Source: Podarcis melisellensis (lineage: Eukaryota). Taken from it: a stretch of DNA of 64,000 nt. Positions 1 through 13,316 of this stretch are shown piece by piece. The notes under the pieces were generated by a model. It had not been told where the DNA came from. It did no database searches and worked only from the letters and a program-made list of their open reading frames with translations. The DNA is taken from the NCBI GenBank assembly GCA_964234715.1, contig OZ174276.1, one strand, 5' to 3'. The position numbers and the translations under genes are program-made. Position 1 is the stretch's first letter. Each line of letters starts with the position of its first letter.

Positions 1-114
<114 letters not shown>

Positions 115-418
115 TGAATTGAGATGATGGTGGGCCTGGAGCCAGATAACCTGCCTCCTATTGCTCCTGAATTCACATATGCAAAGGGAGTCCTAGTCAG
201 CTAAACACTGGACACTCCCTTCCACTCTTCTTCTTCCACGGCGCTTCTGGCACCACACAGCTACTTTTGCACATTCATTTTTGGGCCTTTCATTTCTCCT
301 TTACGGACAGCTTGAAGTTTCATAATATTGTCCCCCATGAAGGCCTACAACTCAACCATCAGACCCACCTCTAACCCTTTACCCCCACAGAGGGTACATC
401 CCCTATTGGGGATTATTA

Positions 419-826
419 CTGTATTTTTCTGTGTATAACACGCCCCCGTGTATTTTGGGGGACTCAAAATTTAGAAAATGGAGGGGGGGGGTTGATTGCC
501 CAGAGTTGCTGAGCTTTTGATAGGGGGGGATGCCCAGAGTTTTGGAGCTTTTTTTGGGGTGGGAACGCCAAAAAGCGCTCGCCAGACTGTCCAACGCGCA
601 CACGTCGCATAACCCAACAATCGCCTGCCCATTCGCCATGCAGCCAATCAACAGCAGCCCTTGCCGCACCTACCAATCACCCGCATCATCACCACTCACA
701 ATCTCCTACTCGCCGAAGCGTCAAATCCCCCGTCACCACTCTGCACTACCCGTGTATAAGATGACCCCAAATTTTTGACACTGTTTTATCAGAAGAAACC
801 CTTGACTTATACATGGAAAAGTACGG
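419..826. mobile_element. Tc1/mariner (pogo-like) non-autonomous element
   Basis: TA|CTGTATTTTTC...GAAAAGTACGG|TA terminal inverted repeats (TIRs) with TA target. Confidence 0.7.
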
Positions 827-1181
827 TACTTCATTCCGGCTACAAAAGCACAAAAAAGAGAGATGCCATCGTAAAACAAACAAAAACGGTGCAACTGCTG
901 TTATCAGGGCCAGGCAAAGACATTTTGGCACCTGAGGCAGACCCAGAAAGGGCTTCCCCTCTCTCTGCCAGTGGACCCAGAAATGGCTCCCCCTCTCCCC
1001 ACCAGGGAACAAGGGCTCAGGGGAGATCAACTTCAGGAAAATGGAGGGGAAGAAAAGATCAATTTTGGGCTCTGCAGCACAGGTGAATCTTGCCACCCGA
1101 GGTGGTTGCCTCACCTTGCCTCATAGGTGGGCCGGCCCCGACAGTGATTCTACCCCTCTAATCCCCTGGTCAGGAAGTTAA

Positions 1182-1490
<309 letters not shown>

Positions 1491-1656
1491 TGAATGCTAA
1501 TGCCAGAACCAAGGCACATATTATGTATATTTGTGGGGGTTTTTAACTGCTGATTTGATAAGATTTATTGCTTGTTTTTTCAGTATTTTCTTGCAGGTAT
1601 TTTAGATCGCTTCATCTAAACAGCTTAGTGGGTTTTAAAAAATAAAGAAATTGGTA

Positions 1657-1905
1657 AAGGTAAAGGTAAAGGTACCCCTGCCCGTACGGGCCAGTCTTGA
1701 CAGACTCTGGGGTTGTGCGCCCATCTCACTTAAGAGGCCAGGGGCCAGCGCTGTCCGGAGACACTTCCGGGTCACATGGCCAGTGTGACATCGCTGCTCT
1801 GGCGAGCCAGAGCTGCACACGGAAACGCCGTTTACCTTCCCGCTGGTAAGCGGTCCCTATTTATCTACTTGCACCCGGAGGTGCTTTCGAACTGCTAGGT
1901 TGGCA
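1657..1905 (-). mobile_element. Sauria-type SINE, 5'-truncated
   Basis: (ACCTTT)n tail; 13-bp TSD AAAGAAATTGGTA at 1644-1656 and 1906-1918. Confidence 0.88.
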
Positions 1906-2011
1906 AAAGAAATTGGTAGATAACTCTAATTAAAAATAATAATAAATAGAATCAAATGGATCTGTGCTGTGGGAGGAGGCCAGTGGCACCGCTCACTGGC
2001 TTGCTTGCTAA

Positions 2012-2125
<114 letters not shown>

Positions 2126-2713
2126 TAAGGAGGAATCCGCACCCCATCATCCATTTAGCTGGCTTTGAGCAAGCCAGGGGGTCTCTTGGCTCCTGTTGCC
2201 CAGTTGTAAAAGGCAAGTAAGGGGAAGGCCAGCCTGGCCAGAGAAGGAGCACCTGCAGGAAGTTTCCTTTTTCCTTCCTCCTCCCTGTCCGAAAGATCAT
2301 TAATCTCCAGCTGCCCAGTGCCCTGGGACTGCAGAAGCAAGAAGAAAGGGCATGTTGGCTGCCATTCATTGGCCAAAGGAACAAGGGGTGCCAATTGCTA
2401 TCTGAGCAGGAATACCAGCCAAGAAAATGAGCCTGGGCTGAACTGGATGTAAAAGCCCTTTTATAGCTCACCATTTTATTCCAGCGTTGGAGAACCGATC
2501 TCTCCCCTCTGCCTTTTCCTTCCACTCACCTTTCCTTGGGTGTCATTTCTTTTCAGTTTGCAAGTCTGATGGTAGGACTTCTCTCCCTCCCTCCTAATTG
2601 ATGGGAGACGATCATTGTCTTTGTCATTGGCGTTAAAAAAAAAATACAATGGAAGAAAGAGGGAATATAATGCTGGGATCTTGCACCCACTTGAGAGTAA
2701 GCCTCTCATTGTA

Positions 2714-2946
2714 CAGTGGTACCTTGGTTTAAGAACAGCTTAGTTTATGAACAACTTGGATTAAGAACGCTGCAAACCCGGAAGGTGTTTTGGTTTGTGA
2801 ACTTTGCCTTGGAATAAGAACATGTTCCGCTTCCTGTTGAGTGCGTTCCATTTGTAAATTGAGTCCCCCGCTGCTATGGGAAAGCAGGCCTTGGTTTAAG
2901 AACGGACTTCCGGAATGGATTAAGTTCGTAAACCAAAGTACCACTG
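2714..2946. mobile_element. Tigger/mariner-like MITE
   Basis: TA|CAGTGGTACC...GTACCACTG|TA. Confidence 0.85.
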
Positions 2947-3245
2947 TACTCCCATCGTACCTGATGAGAGTTGTAGCCCCAAATATCTGGATGGCATTGG
3001 TTTGGAGAAGGCTGACCTGCAGGCTTTCAGAGTTGGCACCAGGTGAACTGATGGGAACAGGAATTCCCTTAGGTCCTGTTCTTATTAGGAACTCACATTG
3101 CCTGGAATGGTGGAGGCATCTATTGGTATTTCAATGCTTTGTATAGATGCCTTGTATAGATGTTGATCTTGGGATCCTGGTGGGTTGACATGGTGAAAGA
3201 TGGTCCTTTTAAAGTATAGGGGCCCCGGACCGTAGAAGGCTTTAA

Positions 3246-3440
<195 letters not shown>

Positions 3441-3623
3441 TAAATCTGTCGCTGCTCAAATGTGTCCCTGCAATGTGAATGCAAAGCCTTTGTCCGCCAG
3501 AATATATGTTTGTTCTTTGCCTTAGTACTGTATAACCGTTACCAATGATATTGACTTGTAGCATGTGAGAGTCTCTTGCATATTTTTAGTATTTAATATA
3601 CAGTTGTATGGATAGATACATAA

Positions 3624-3740
3624 GGGACGCGGGTGGCGCTGTGGGTTAAACCACGGAGCCTAGAGCTTGCTGATCAGAAGGTTGGCAGTTCGAATCCCCA
3701 TGACGGGGTGAACTCACATTGTTCGGTCCCTTTACCTTTT
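3624..3740 (+). mobile_element. Sauria-type SINE with internal deletion
   Basis: tRNA-like head joined directly to TTTACCTTT tail at GGTCCC. Confidence 0.75.
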
Positions 3741-4405
3741 AGCTGTATGGATAGGGTTTTTTTTGTATTATTGATTTTATGATGATTTCTAACTGTTCCT
3801 GCTAAGTTTTTTGGGGGTGAATCGTTACACTTACTGTTCGTTTGCTATGTTGTGAACTTTGGCGCAATTTTGTGGGACTGTGGCATACAAATTAAGCAGA
3901 TGGGGATGGTAACTTCCCTCAAAATCTCCTAGGAACTCCAATTTGTTGAAGCTGTTTAGAATTTTGTTTTGAGATTCCTATCTATCCCCATCCCAGGAAT
4001 GCCCTGGAGAAAGGAAGTAACTTATTGAACTAGTTTAGGTCCATGGTGCAGATATACTTTTATAGTGAACACAGCTGAGAATAGATATTTGCAGTCTCGA
4101 GTTTCCTTGGTGCCAACAGCTAGGAAAAAGAAGAAAGGCTTTCATTTTCTGTTTGTCTCATTTGCCACACAGGCTACATACAAACCATACATTTAAAGAC
4201 GTGACTCCCCCCACCCCAATAATTCTGGGAAGTGCAGTTTAACCCCACACAGAGCTACAAATCCCAGCAGCCGTAAACTACAGTTCCCATGATTCTTTGG
4301 GGGAAATAATGTGCTTTAAGGGAATGGGGTATACAGCGACAGCATCTCCCCCATCTTTGACAGCAATCTGCTTTTCTTTTTTTCTTTCTTTTTTGTCCTA
4401 CACAG

Positions 4406-4502
4406 CAAGCCTTCAACGCAACTGCTGTGGTCAGGCATATGAGGAAGCTACAGCTTGGGACCAGCCAAGATGGGCCCGGTCAAGCCATGCAGGAGAGCAA
4501 TG
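4406..4502 (+). CDS. CAMK1: CAMK1 exon, calmodulin-binding segment
   Basis: cacag| acceptor; QAFNATAVVRHMRKLQLGTSQDGPGQAMQESN; donor G|gtgaga at 4503, less certain than the acceptor. Confidence 0.88.
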
Positions 4503-6083
4503 GTGAGAGGCTGGGAATGGCCTTTGGTGCTGCAGGGTATTCCCCTCCATGTACTGTGGTGACACCAGTATAGAGCCGAAACAGATTTTCTCCTCAAGAC
4601 CTTCGTCGGTGAATCTTGATATTCACTATTGGCTGGTGGTTATATTTGTGTTTGGCATTTGCCAAGGTTTGATCTTATTATTTGACATCCCGCCTCTGCC
4701 CCCGCCGCCCCAGATACACTGACAAATCCTAGGCGTTTGAATTCTGAGGTAAAATTTCGCCTCAGTGTTGACATTCTGCATTTGGAACTCGAATGGCAAA
4801 ATTGAAAGCAGTGAGTGATGTCAAGTTAAATACACATGAAAGCTTGTATCCCTTTGACCCCAATCCCATCCCCGCCTTCCTGTTAACAAACACACTTTCT
4901 CCAGAGCTGGAGGATTTCCTCTCCTCTTTTTCCATTTATTATTTGGGACAGAATGGCAGTAAATTGGTATAAATGGTTGTAAAGGCTAGCAGTTTCAAAG
5001 GCGCATGACCTGTATTCAGGCATATGCTGTTCTGTGGCCTCACGAACTGGCTGTGCTTCCCTCACAGTTGCTTCTCTGTGATACCCTCACACTTGACTTA
5101 ATGTTCCCCCCCTCACCCTTTGTAAGGTTTTATTCCAGTGTTGGGGATCCTTTGGACACCCTTTGGACGTTTTTCCAGACTACAACTCCCATCATCCCTA
5201 GCTACTGGCCGGGGCTGATGGAAGTTGCAGTTCAGCACCTGAAAGGCCACAAGTTCCCTGTCTTTGTAACTCCCTCTTTTCCCGCCATTTATAGCTTCTG
5301 CCATCTAGTGATGGCAATGTCAGAAAACGGGAAAAGGCAACTCCCATTTCCTTCCTAGTGCCCCTGAAAACTCACTCCTGTTCGCTTTGTCCGGGGAGCC
5401 ACTGCCTGCCCTTTTCCTGAGCTACGAAATAAGGAAAATGTTTTGTTGCGCCACCAATTACTGTCGTCCGAAATTCAGCAAATTTAGTATTTGTCTGGGA
5501 AGGATGAGTGGACTTGTGGAGAAGAAATGGGGGAATTTCGGAGTAGGATGTGGGTGAAGGAGGATGTTACAGCTTGTTTTGAAACTAAACTGTATTTTCC
5601 CGTGTGTGTGTGTGCGCGCACGGGCTTTATATCAAAATTAAACACGTTAACTGCTTTCCACACTTCTTTTTATTAAAAAAAGAGTTTACATGCTTTGAAC
5701 ACAATATGCACACACTTAAATTGGGTGTATTGATTAACCTTTGGGGACAGTTCCCCCTCCCTCGCTTCACCTTGCAGTTTGGCCAGAGTCAATGAGAAGC
5801 CATATGGGTGGCATGGCAACTTAGCAACTTAGGCATGGTCTGTTAGGGATTCCCTTTACGACTGCTGAAAAATAAGGCTGGGATTCCCTGTAAACACAAC
5901 AGTATTAAGGTGCTATATATAACCTAGTGCAAAAGCCTATCCTTTGTAGTATGCTGACCAGAAGACAGCTGCTAGGCAGCTTTGCCTCGCTGAATTTGTG
6001 CTGTGTTTGTTGTGTTGTGTTGGTTGTGTTGTGCTTGTAGTACCAGTTAGCCCAGTCCTGACAGTCCCTTTTCTCTTCGGCAG

Positions 6084-6148
6084 GCTCAGCTTCCAGTAGC
6101 AGCGAGGAATCCTTGGGGAATGGTTCTCACCGTCAGATGCGGGACTGA
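6084..6148 (+). CDS. CAMK1: Probable CAMK1 last coding exon
   Basis: Pyrimidine tract + cag|; phase-1 join gives GSASSSSEESLGNGSHRQMRD-TGA; followed by UTR-like sequence with ATTAAA at 7785 and AATAAA at 8047; tail not recognisable by homology. Confidence 0.55.
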
Positions 6149-9100
6149 ACGTTCCCCAGCGGACAGAGGACACAGATAGCGGTGCCAGGATCAACCCACT
6201 GTGGGGCGGGTGGCCAAAGCCCCACTCTGCTGTGCTACGTGGAGCCAGGGAAGGGTCTGGGACTGCCCCACACCCCTCCCAATTAAGTGTGGCTGAGCCC
6301 CACCGCAGGGAAAGCTTCCCTTGCTAAGCCACGCCCTCCTGAACCTGGACATGGGGCCTGATCCTTCATAAGCCACACACTTCTCTGAAGATGCTTCTTC
6401 TTCTTCTTTTCCTTCTTCTTCTCTCTCTAACACAGAGCAGCCAAATGCTGGCCGCAGCCAGCCAGCTCTGTCTGTGCCCTATGCTGATCCCCTACCCAAG
6501 CTGACAATGTCGTCCTCCTCCTTGCCCAATCATGTGGTGTTGTCTAGGAAAGACCACACAGTGGTCTGCTCAGGCCCTCTGCAGCAGCTGTCAAGGTGGA
6601 GCTTGGGGTTGCTTCACCCCCCCCCCATAAAAACCCTAACCAGGTCCCCTACTCAAATCATATCACCTCCAGCCAACAAGCAGATTCACAAAGCGCGAGC
6701 CTGCAGGGCTTATAACTCTAGGTCACCCTAATCATGTCACGAAGGAAAACAAAAGCTGCTTGTGGACCCTTCACAATTTGATCTCGAGGCGCGCCTCCCG
6801 ATAAGTGCATTTCCGCTGTCGAGAAACGTGAAGCTAGATTGAAAGGCCGTTTCAATCTTCTGGTGTCATTGGGCTGTCTGTGGGCGAGGACACGTTATTT
6901 TTTAAGAGTGGTGGTTTGATAGAACCACAGCTACCCTTGACACAGATGTACGTTTTAAATATATATATATATATATCCAGGCATAGGTGGGAGAGAAACA
7001 GTTTAGCTGACTTTCCGTATGGTTCCGGTTGAACTATGGGGAAAAGGGAACTGTGTTTGGGTACCTTGTCAGCTACTGCCCATGGCCCATACCGTACCAT
7101 CGGCCTCCAGAGCAACCCTGCAGCTGTTTTTAAAATGCTTTGTGTTTTGTATTTTCCTTTTTGCGGGGGGGGGGGGCAGGGAAGAAGGAGCGCGCTTGCA
7201 GAGATACACGTATGCCTCTTGTTTTTCTAAAACAACGCTGAACCTTGGGGCAGCCTGTCTGGAGTAGAAGGGGGAAGGCAAGATTGAACAGTTGTTGAAA
7301 CATCGTTTCGGCACGGGAAGCAACTCGCCAATGCTTGTTGGGCCGTTTGCAACGCCAGTTGCCAAAAAGGGAAGCTCACACCATAGACGACGCTCCCACT
7401 GAGGCAGCCCTTGAAGCGCTGGGTCTGTCTTCATCCAAGCTGGCCTTTGCACCACCCAACTGGCAGAACCGGGATTCTTCCCACTGTGTATAGAGTCCAG
7501 GCTTGCCCAACCTGGTGCCTTCCAGATGTTTTGGACGACAACTCCCATCCAACACAGCCAATGTCTAGGGGGTCATGGGAGTTCTGTAGTCAACGTTCTC
7601 CAACAACGTTTGGAGAAGCACCAAGTTGGAAAAGACTGGCTTAGTCCCCTTCCCCTCTCGCTCTCCTGCCTGCTCTTGACGCTCCCAGCTGCACATTTTG
7701 CGCCCATGTTCTCTCTGTCTCTGCACTCTCTTGGTTCAAGAGGACTTTCTAACTCGAAGTTTCTATTTTGTTGCTTGTTCTTGTATTAAAAAGGAAGAAA
7801 GCGCACATATCTTCATCTACCCTATCTGCGGGCAAAGGGGTGGGGGGAAAGAAGGGAGCGGCCGCTGATGCCCCCCTCACCCAGCAACCAACCAAGGGTG
7901 GGGGGTCTGCACACACCTGGTAGTGTCTAGATCTGTTTCTAAAAGCGAAAGAAGGCTAGAAGCGGAGAGTTTTAGGAGGACACAACTTGTTTATTGTTAT
8001 CGTTACAGCACCTCGAAGTCAGCTAAGCACTTTATAAAAGGGTAGAAATAAATAGGTCTCTGCCCAAAGCAGCTTACAATCTAGAAATAGTCAAGACGAA
8101 AAAGGCAGGGGTTGGTATAGGGAACGGTAGGTCAAATCACTGGATGATTAAAAAAAACAAAACACAGACCTGTGAGCCAGCTTTTCAAATCCTATGGATT
8201 TTGATGGGGAAGAAACAAGCACGCTTAAGTCTCTCCCAGTGAAATCAGCAGGATTTTAAAGGGCTTAGCTCTGGCCATAGAGCATTCTCACAGTACAGGT
8301 TACAAAATATGATTTTAAACTCCACTATAGAAATGGAGGTTTTACCAAAACAAACAAACAAACAAACAAAAATTGACAGAAAAGGACACTTCAGAATGAA
8401 AAACAAAGATGATAAAAGAGATAACATATTGAGCTACAGTGAATGTATTCAGAAACAACATTCCATATTAGTGGAAGGAAGAGAAAAGGGATAATAATAT
8501 TTAATACAACAAGAGGTTTTAGGTTCGAGCAGAAAAAATATGAGGTGAATTAAAAGCCCAGACTAGAATAAAGGAAGAAAACTCAACTTGGGCCTGTTAA
8601 ATAAACAAGACGAACGTTCCTTCAGATGAAGACTATGTTGATGCAAAAGCCAGAGGGGTGAATGTGTTGGTAGATGTTTATGGATGCATATAGGTTGGGA
8701 GGGGGAAGACGGCCTGCTTTTCAAGGCCAGAAGGTACTTCTTCAGCGGTTGGAACAGGGAATATAATATGAAGCCAGAAGGGAGGCAAGAGGGGAGCTTC
8801 TTGGGCTGGGCTTCGGCCCAAATGGCAGCCATTTTTAGTGTCTGGAATACCAGCAAACAACCTGATGTTCTCTGCTATCCCCACCTTGACAGCGGGTGGT
8901 TAGTCCTCTCCCTAGAAAGCTGATCACCAGCAAAACACAATAACCCCAGTTCAACTAAAACTGGTCCTGATAAGTCGCACAACTGTCTCTACTCAGAAAT
9001 AAATCCCACTGGGTTCAATGGGGCTTACTCCTGGGCAAGCATGCCTGCAGTTTCAGCCTTGGTCCCTCTGAAAGCAAGGGGACTTCAGTTCATTACAAAC

Positions 9101-9971
9101 TTGTTCCTCAGGCCCAGCAGAGTGAAAGTGTATTTTGCTGCACAAACTGATGTCTGGCAAACAGTGGGAATTCCTTAATCCAACCAGCAGCGAGGGTTTT
9201 GCCATCGCAGGGCACATGCACAAAGACACCGTTGTATGTATGTATATACAAACATGTACATTTACAAGTTACGTACAAAATGAGAGCGCTGTGGAGTTAA
9301 AAGCGTGACCTCTGCTCCCTTTCGCGCGCGCGCACGACTTAAAATCTTCTCATTTCAAAGGACACTCTAGCCTAACTTTTAAACCACACCTAGATTAAAG
9401 TTTAATAGGGCCCACCGAAATTGCTAAGCATGGTGGGATCTGGGGAAACCGCCACCAGCTAACTCCCCACGCAATGTCAACAACATCACAGATATCGATG
9501 AGACTCCAGCCCTCAGCAGCTGGCCTTCAAGTCTACCTGTCACATTATGTGTGAAATACTTTTTGAAGTGAGGTAACTCCTAGGTCTATGTCTATAGAAC
9601 CAGACCCTGGTTCTGATAAGGAGGGACTGAATTGGCCTGAACTGAGAAACCAGCCTACGCCACACTTAATACTGCACCCCAAAGCCAAAGCAAATGACCA
9701 AAGCCACAGGAACAAAACAAAAAAAAAGGATTCTATTCTATAATACATTGCGGTTACACATCAAGCTTACAGCCACCACAAGAGACCCCTGGTGGAAAAG
9801 GACAACAGCAGTTTAACTAAGAGGAGAGCTCCACAGCACACCAGCCTGCCTCTCTTTCTGGCAGTCCCTGTTCTAGGTGTGGATGTTCCTGTGCCTCTCC
9901 AGCCCTGTAGAGGACATGGTTTTTCTTACTTGCCCAAGCCAGGCACACAAAACAGGAGGCTGTGGAAGAGG

Positions 9972-10079
9972 TTACGACGTCAAGGTGGGAAGGGTGCTCC
10001 TGGCAACTTTGACACAGCGGTGCTTGGCATCCGGATCAGAAGATTCCTGGTACTTTCGTAGATCGGCACAAAAAAGAAC
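9972..10079 (-). CDS. OGG1: OGG1 exon 7 (alpha-type last exon)
   Basis: ccag| then VLFCADLRKYQESSDPDAKHRCVKVARSTLPTLTS-TAA; VLFxADLR matches the human alpha-OGG1 terminal helix. Confidence 0.92.
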   Translation of the reverse strand, partial: VLFCADLRKYQESSDPDAKHRCVKVARSTLPTLTS

Positions 10080-10235
10080 CTGGCGAAGGAGGGCAGAGAG
10101 TCAGAATTGCGGGGGGAAACAAATGTTTACGAAAGGTGGTTTGGAATTAGGCCCCCCAAGAGAGGAGGAAGCAGGTTTCTGTGTGAGCCAGGTAAGAGTT
10201 TTGCCAGCTGTGTCAGAAGAAGCAAATGTCAATTA

Positions 10236-10491
10236 CCGTATTTTTTGCTCTATAAGACGCACCAGACCACAAGATGCACCTAGTTTTTGGAGGAGGAAAA
10301 CAAGAAAAAAAAATTGAATCTCAGAAGCCAGAACAGCAAGAGGGATTGCTGTGCAGTGAAAGCAGCGATCCCTCTTGCTGTTCTGGCTTCTGTTATAGCT
10401 GCGCAGCCTACATTCGCTCCATAAGACGCACACACATTTCCCCTTACTTTTTAGGAGGGAAAAAGTGAGTCTTACAGAGCAAAAAATACGG
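10236..10491. mobile_element. Mariner/pogo-like MITE
   Basis: TA|CCGTATTTTTTGCTCT...AGAGCAAAAAATACGG|TA; same family at 19898-20153. Confidence 0.87.
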
Positions 10492-11521
10492 TATACACAA
10501 ATTGGCAATTTTACACTGAGGCCACGACAAAACAAAAACAGGCCTAGAGGCAAAAAGGCTGTGTGCACAAATGCACCATTCAGACCAGTTTAAAACTGGG
10601 CAGGTAAGCATACCTTAGATTAGCATCTACTGGACTGTGTATTATTTTGTCTGTATATCCAGACTGAAAGAAGAAACTTCTTCACACAACATGTTGATTA
10701 ATTTGGAGAACATACTGCCACAAAACCGAGGGGTGGCTACCTGAGTCAGAAGGCTTGAAAAGGGAAACGAGTAATTTGGGATGGTGGGTCTATTGTTCCT
10801 TCTAATGGCCAATTCAAGTAAGGTGTTCTGATCGCTACGACTCGGAAGCAAGAGGGAGGTCCACTGCAGGCCCCAGAGAATCCTTGGACTTGCAGAGACA
10901 CACAGGAAAAAAGAGACAGCCACCACATCTCTCCCGCACGCATGGATAAAAGGGGAAAGACAACTTGGAGGAGGTGGGGAAAGCGAGGAATAGAGGAGGC
11001 AGAGAAGAGTTGGGAAGAAGGTGACATGCGGGCAGAGGGACCTGGAACAGCAAAAACACGGGACAAAAACTTGCTGGTCCCAGTTGTCAATGGCTGTTCT
11101 CCATGTTAGCTTACGTTCAGAGGAAGTATTCCACAAAAATTGCAATGACTGGGGAACAGTGGCAGAGCTTCGTGCTCCAGCACCGGGGGGGGGGGGGGGA
11201 GAGCAGGAATGGAAGGGGCTGGCGCGCATTCCTGGGGTGTGGCATGCCACCTGTGGGGGCGTGGCACCCAGGGTGTGTGTGTGTGGGAGGAGCTGCGATG
11301 GCACCCCACTGGGATCACGCTGCCAGGGGCGGTGTGCTCCCCCCGCACCCCTCTTCCTCCACCAGTGCTGGGGAGGAGTGGGGAGAGCTATTGCCTTCAA
11401 GTCCTGCTTGCGAGCTTCCTAGGACCACCTGGCTGGCCATTATGGGAAGGAAGATGCTAAACCAGGTGGACTTTGGGTCTAGTCCAGCAGGTCTCTTCTT
11501 ATGTTTTAACATAGCCCAGAA

Positions 11522-11861
11522 CAGGGGTCTCCAAACTAAGGCCCGAGGGACTCGTTTATCCTGCCTGCGGCAATCCGCGCCGCCCGCTCTTACTGGCGCT
11601 GCACAGCTGCCCACTTCTGGGTCAGAGGAGCATCCGCAATAGCTTGTGCGCATGCGCAAGCATTTATTTCCGGTGCACATCCAGGTCGGAGGAGGCCCGT
11701 TCACATGTGCACAAGCTATTTCTGGTGCTCCTCCGACCCGGAAATGCGCCGGAAATAGCATATGCACATGCATATGGGCATGCACTCCCCCGCCCTCTGG
11801 CCTGCTGTGTGATCGGCACTGGAGACACTGGCCCGAGGCGCAGTAGGTTTGCTGACCCCTG
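11522..11861. mobile_element. hAT-like MITE
   Basis: CAGGGGTC...GACCCCTG ends; imperfect 8-bp TSD gcccagaa/gcctagat. Confidence 0.7.
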
Positions 11862-12151
11862 GCCTAGATGAAGTAAATATCCCCCTACAAGCTGCTGTGG
11901 CAAGAAAAGCTGGATCAGATTTACTTAACTGTTTCTGCTTCTGAGATAATCCCCAGACATTGACCATTCACTCTGATGCCCTTAAAAAAAAATCAACGAA
12001 AGCTAAGATTCTTACAATTCTGAACTACTTTACCCTCAAGCCGATTCCTGCAGTTGGACGATCTAGCTGTTCTTGCGTGTTCCCTTCTCACGCATGGCCT
12101 TGCACAAAGCCGCAGAAGAAAAAGAAGAGGATTTTCCACTCATTTACTCAC

Positions 12152-12201
12152 CGCTTGTGCCCATCCAGCATACGGTCCCCACAGGCTCCGGAAGAAGTTC
12201 C
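12152..12201 (-). CDS. OGG1: OGG1 exon 6
   Basis: 50 nt, [21 protein letters not shown] flanks. Confidence 0.95.
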
Positions 12202-12489
12202 CTGAAGGCAGAGCAGTCAAGAGGGCAGCCTTAGTGAGTTGGAAGGCAACAAGGTGCCTTGACAAGTGAGTGGATTAACACAGCCAAGTCTTCAAAGTAA
12301 GCTCCCTTACACCAAGCAAGACCCATTGGGTCCATCTAGCTGTGTGCTGTCTGCCCTGACTCTCCAGGATTGGATAAAATATGGGACTTTCTGCACTCAA
12401 AGCAGGTGTTTTACCGCCAAAACATGGTGATGTCTCTCCCTTGGCTCGCATTGGCCAGAATGCTTCCTATCTACACGGATGTTCTCACC

Positions 12490-12930
12490 CCCATTCTGAA
12501 GATTAGAGCCCTAATCTCTTTACTGCCTCTCCTGGTATGTCCCACGGAGGACCTTACGGTCTTCAAACAAAAATATCTTGGAGGTCCCGGGCCACAGGGA
12601 GGTTAGGCTGGCCTCAACCAGAGCCAGGGCTTTTTCGGCGGTGGCCCTGATCTGGTGGAACGCTCTGTCACAAGAGACTAGGGCCCTGCGGGACTTGACA
12701 TCTTTCCGCAGGGCCTGCAAGACACAGCTGTTCCACCAGGCCTTTGGCCAGGGCACAGTCAGACCCCCTCTCTCTTTCTGTAATCTTCATAGAACTCTAG
12801 CCCAATGGTTGCAATTAATTTGATTTTGAATTGATTTTAAAATGAATTAATTTTAGAATGCTGTGTTACTTTTATTGTTGTTAGCTGCTCTGAGCCCCGC
12901 TTCGGTTGGGGAGGGCAGGATATAAATAAA

Positions 12931-12932
<2 letters not shown>
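12490..12932 (+). mobile_element. L2-like LINE 3' fragment
   Basis: Encodes RAFSAVALIWWNALSQETRALRDLTSFRRACKTQLF (ORF2 end); related copies at 17470-18050 (+) and 55790-56305 (-). Confidence 0.7.

Positions 12933-12933
<1 letters not shown>

Positions 12934-12980
<47 letters not shown>
12934..12980. repeat. (TTA)n microsatellite at LINE tail
   Basis: About 15 TTA units. Confidence 0.95.
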
Positions 12981-12981
<1 letters not shown>

Positions 12982-13316
12982 GGAGAGGAGTGCCCTGACA
13001 TACCATAGTGAGTACTTGCAGCAATTGGCAATGATTGGTTCTAACTTGTTCCATAACTGAAAGGGCTCTGCTGCTTGCTGCTTTTTGGGAGGAAGGCGAG
13101 AGTGAGTTTGAGAAGTTGCAACTGAGCAGCCGCAGTTGAATGGCATCTCAGCAAACCATCAGCCCCTCTATTTCATGGAGCCTCTGCAAGCCTTGAGCAA
13201 GCAAATTGTGTATTTTCTGGCGCTTTACTGAAGCAGTGGGCATTGCTGCCCACTTTGTCATCGTCATCTTGTTTTAAAGTTATGCCGGCAGCATACAGCA
13301 ACAAGCGGTGGGACCT

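Noticed and set aside
10642-11400. 252-aa - strand ORF in OGG1 intron 6
   Set aside because: Non-ATG start, crosses homopolymer and dinucleotide runs, no domain; only the acceptor-defined segment in another frame was kept as a candidate.
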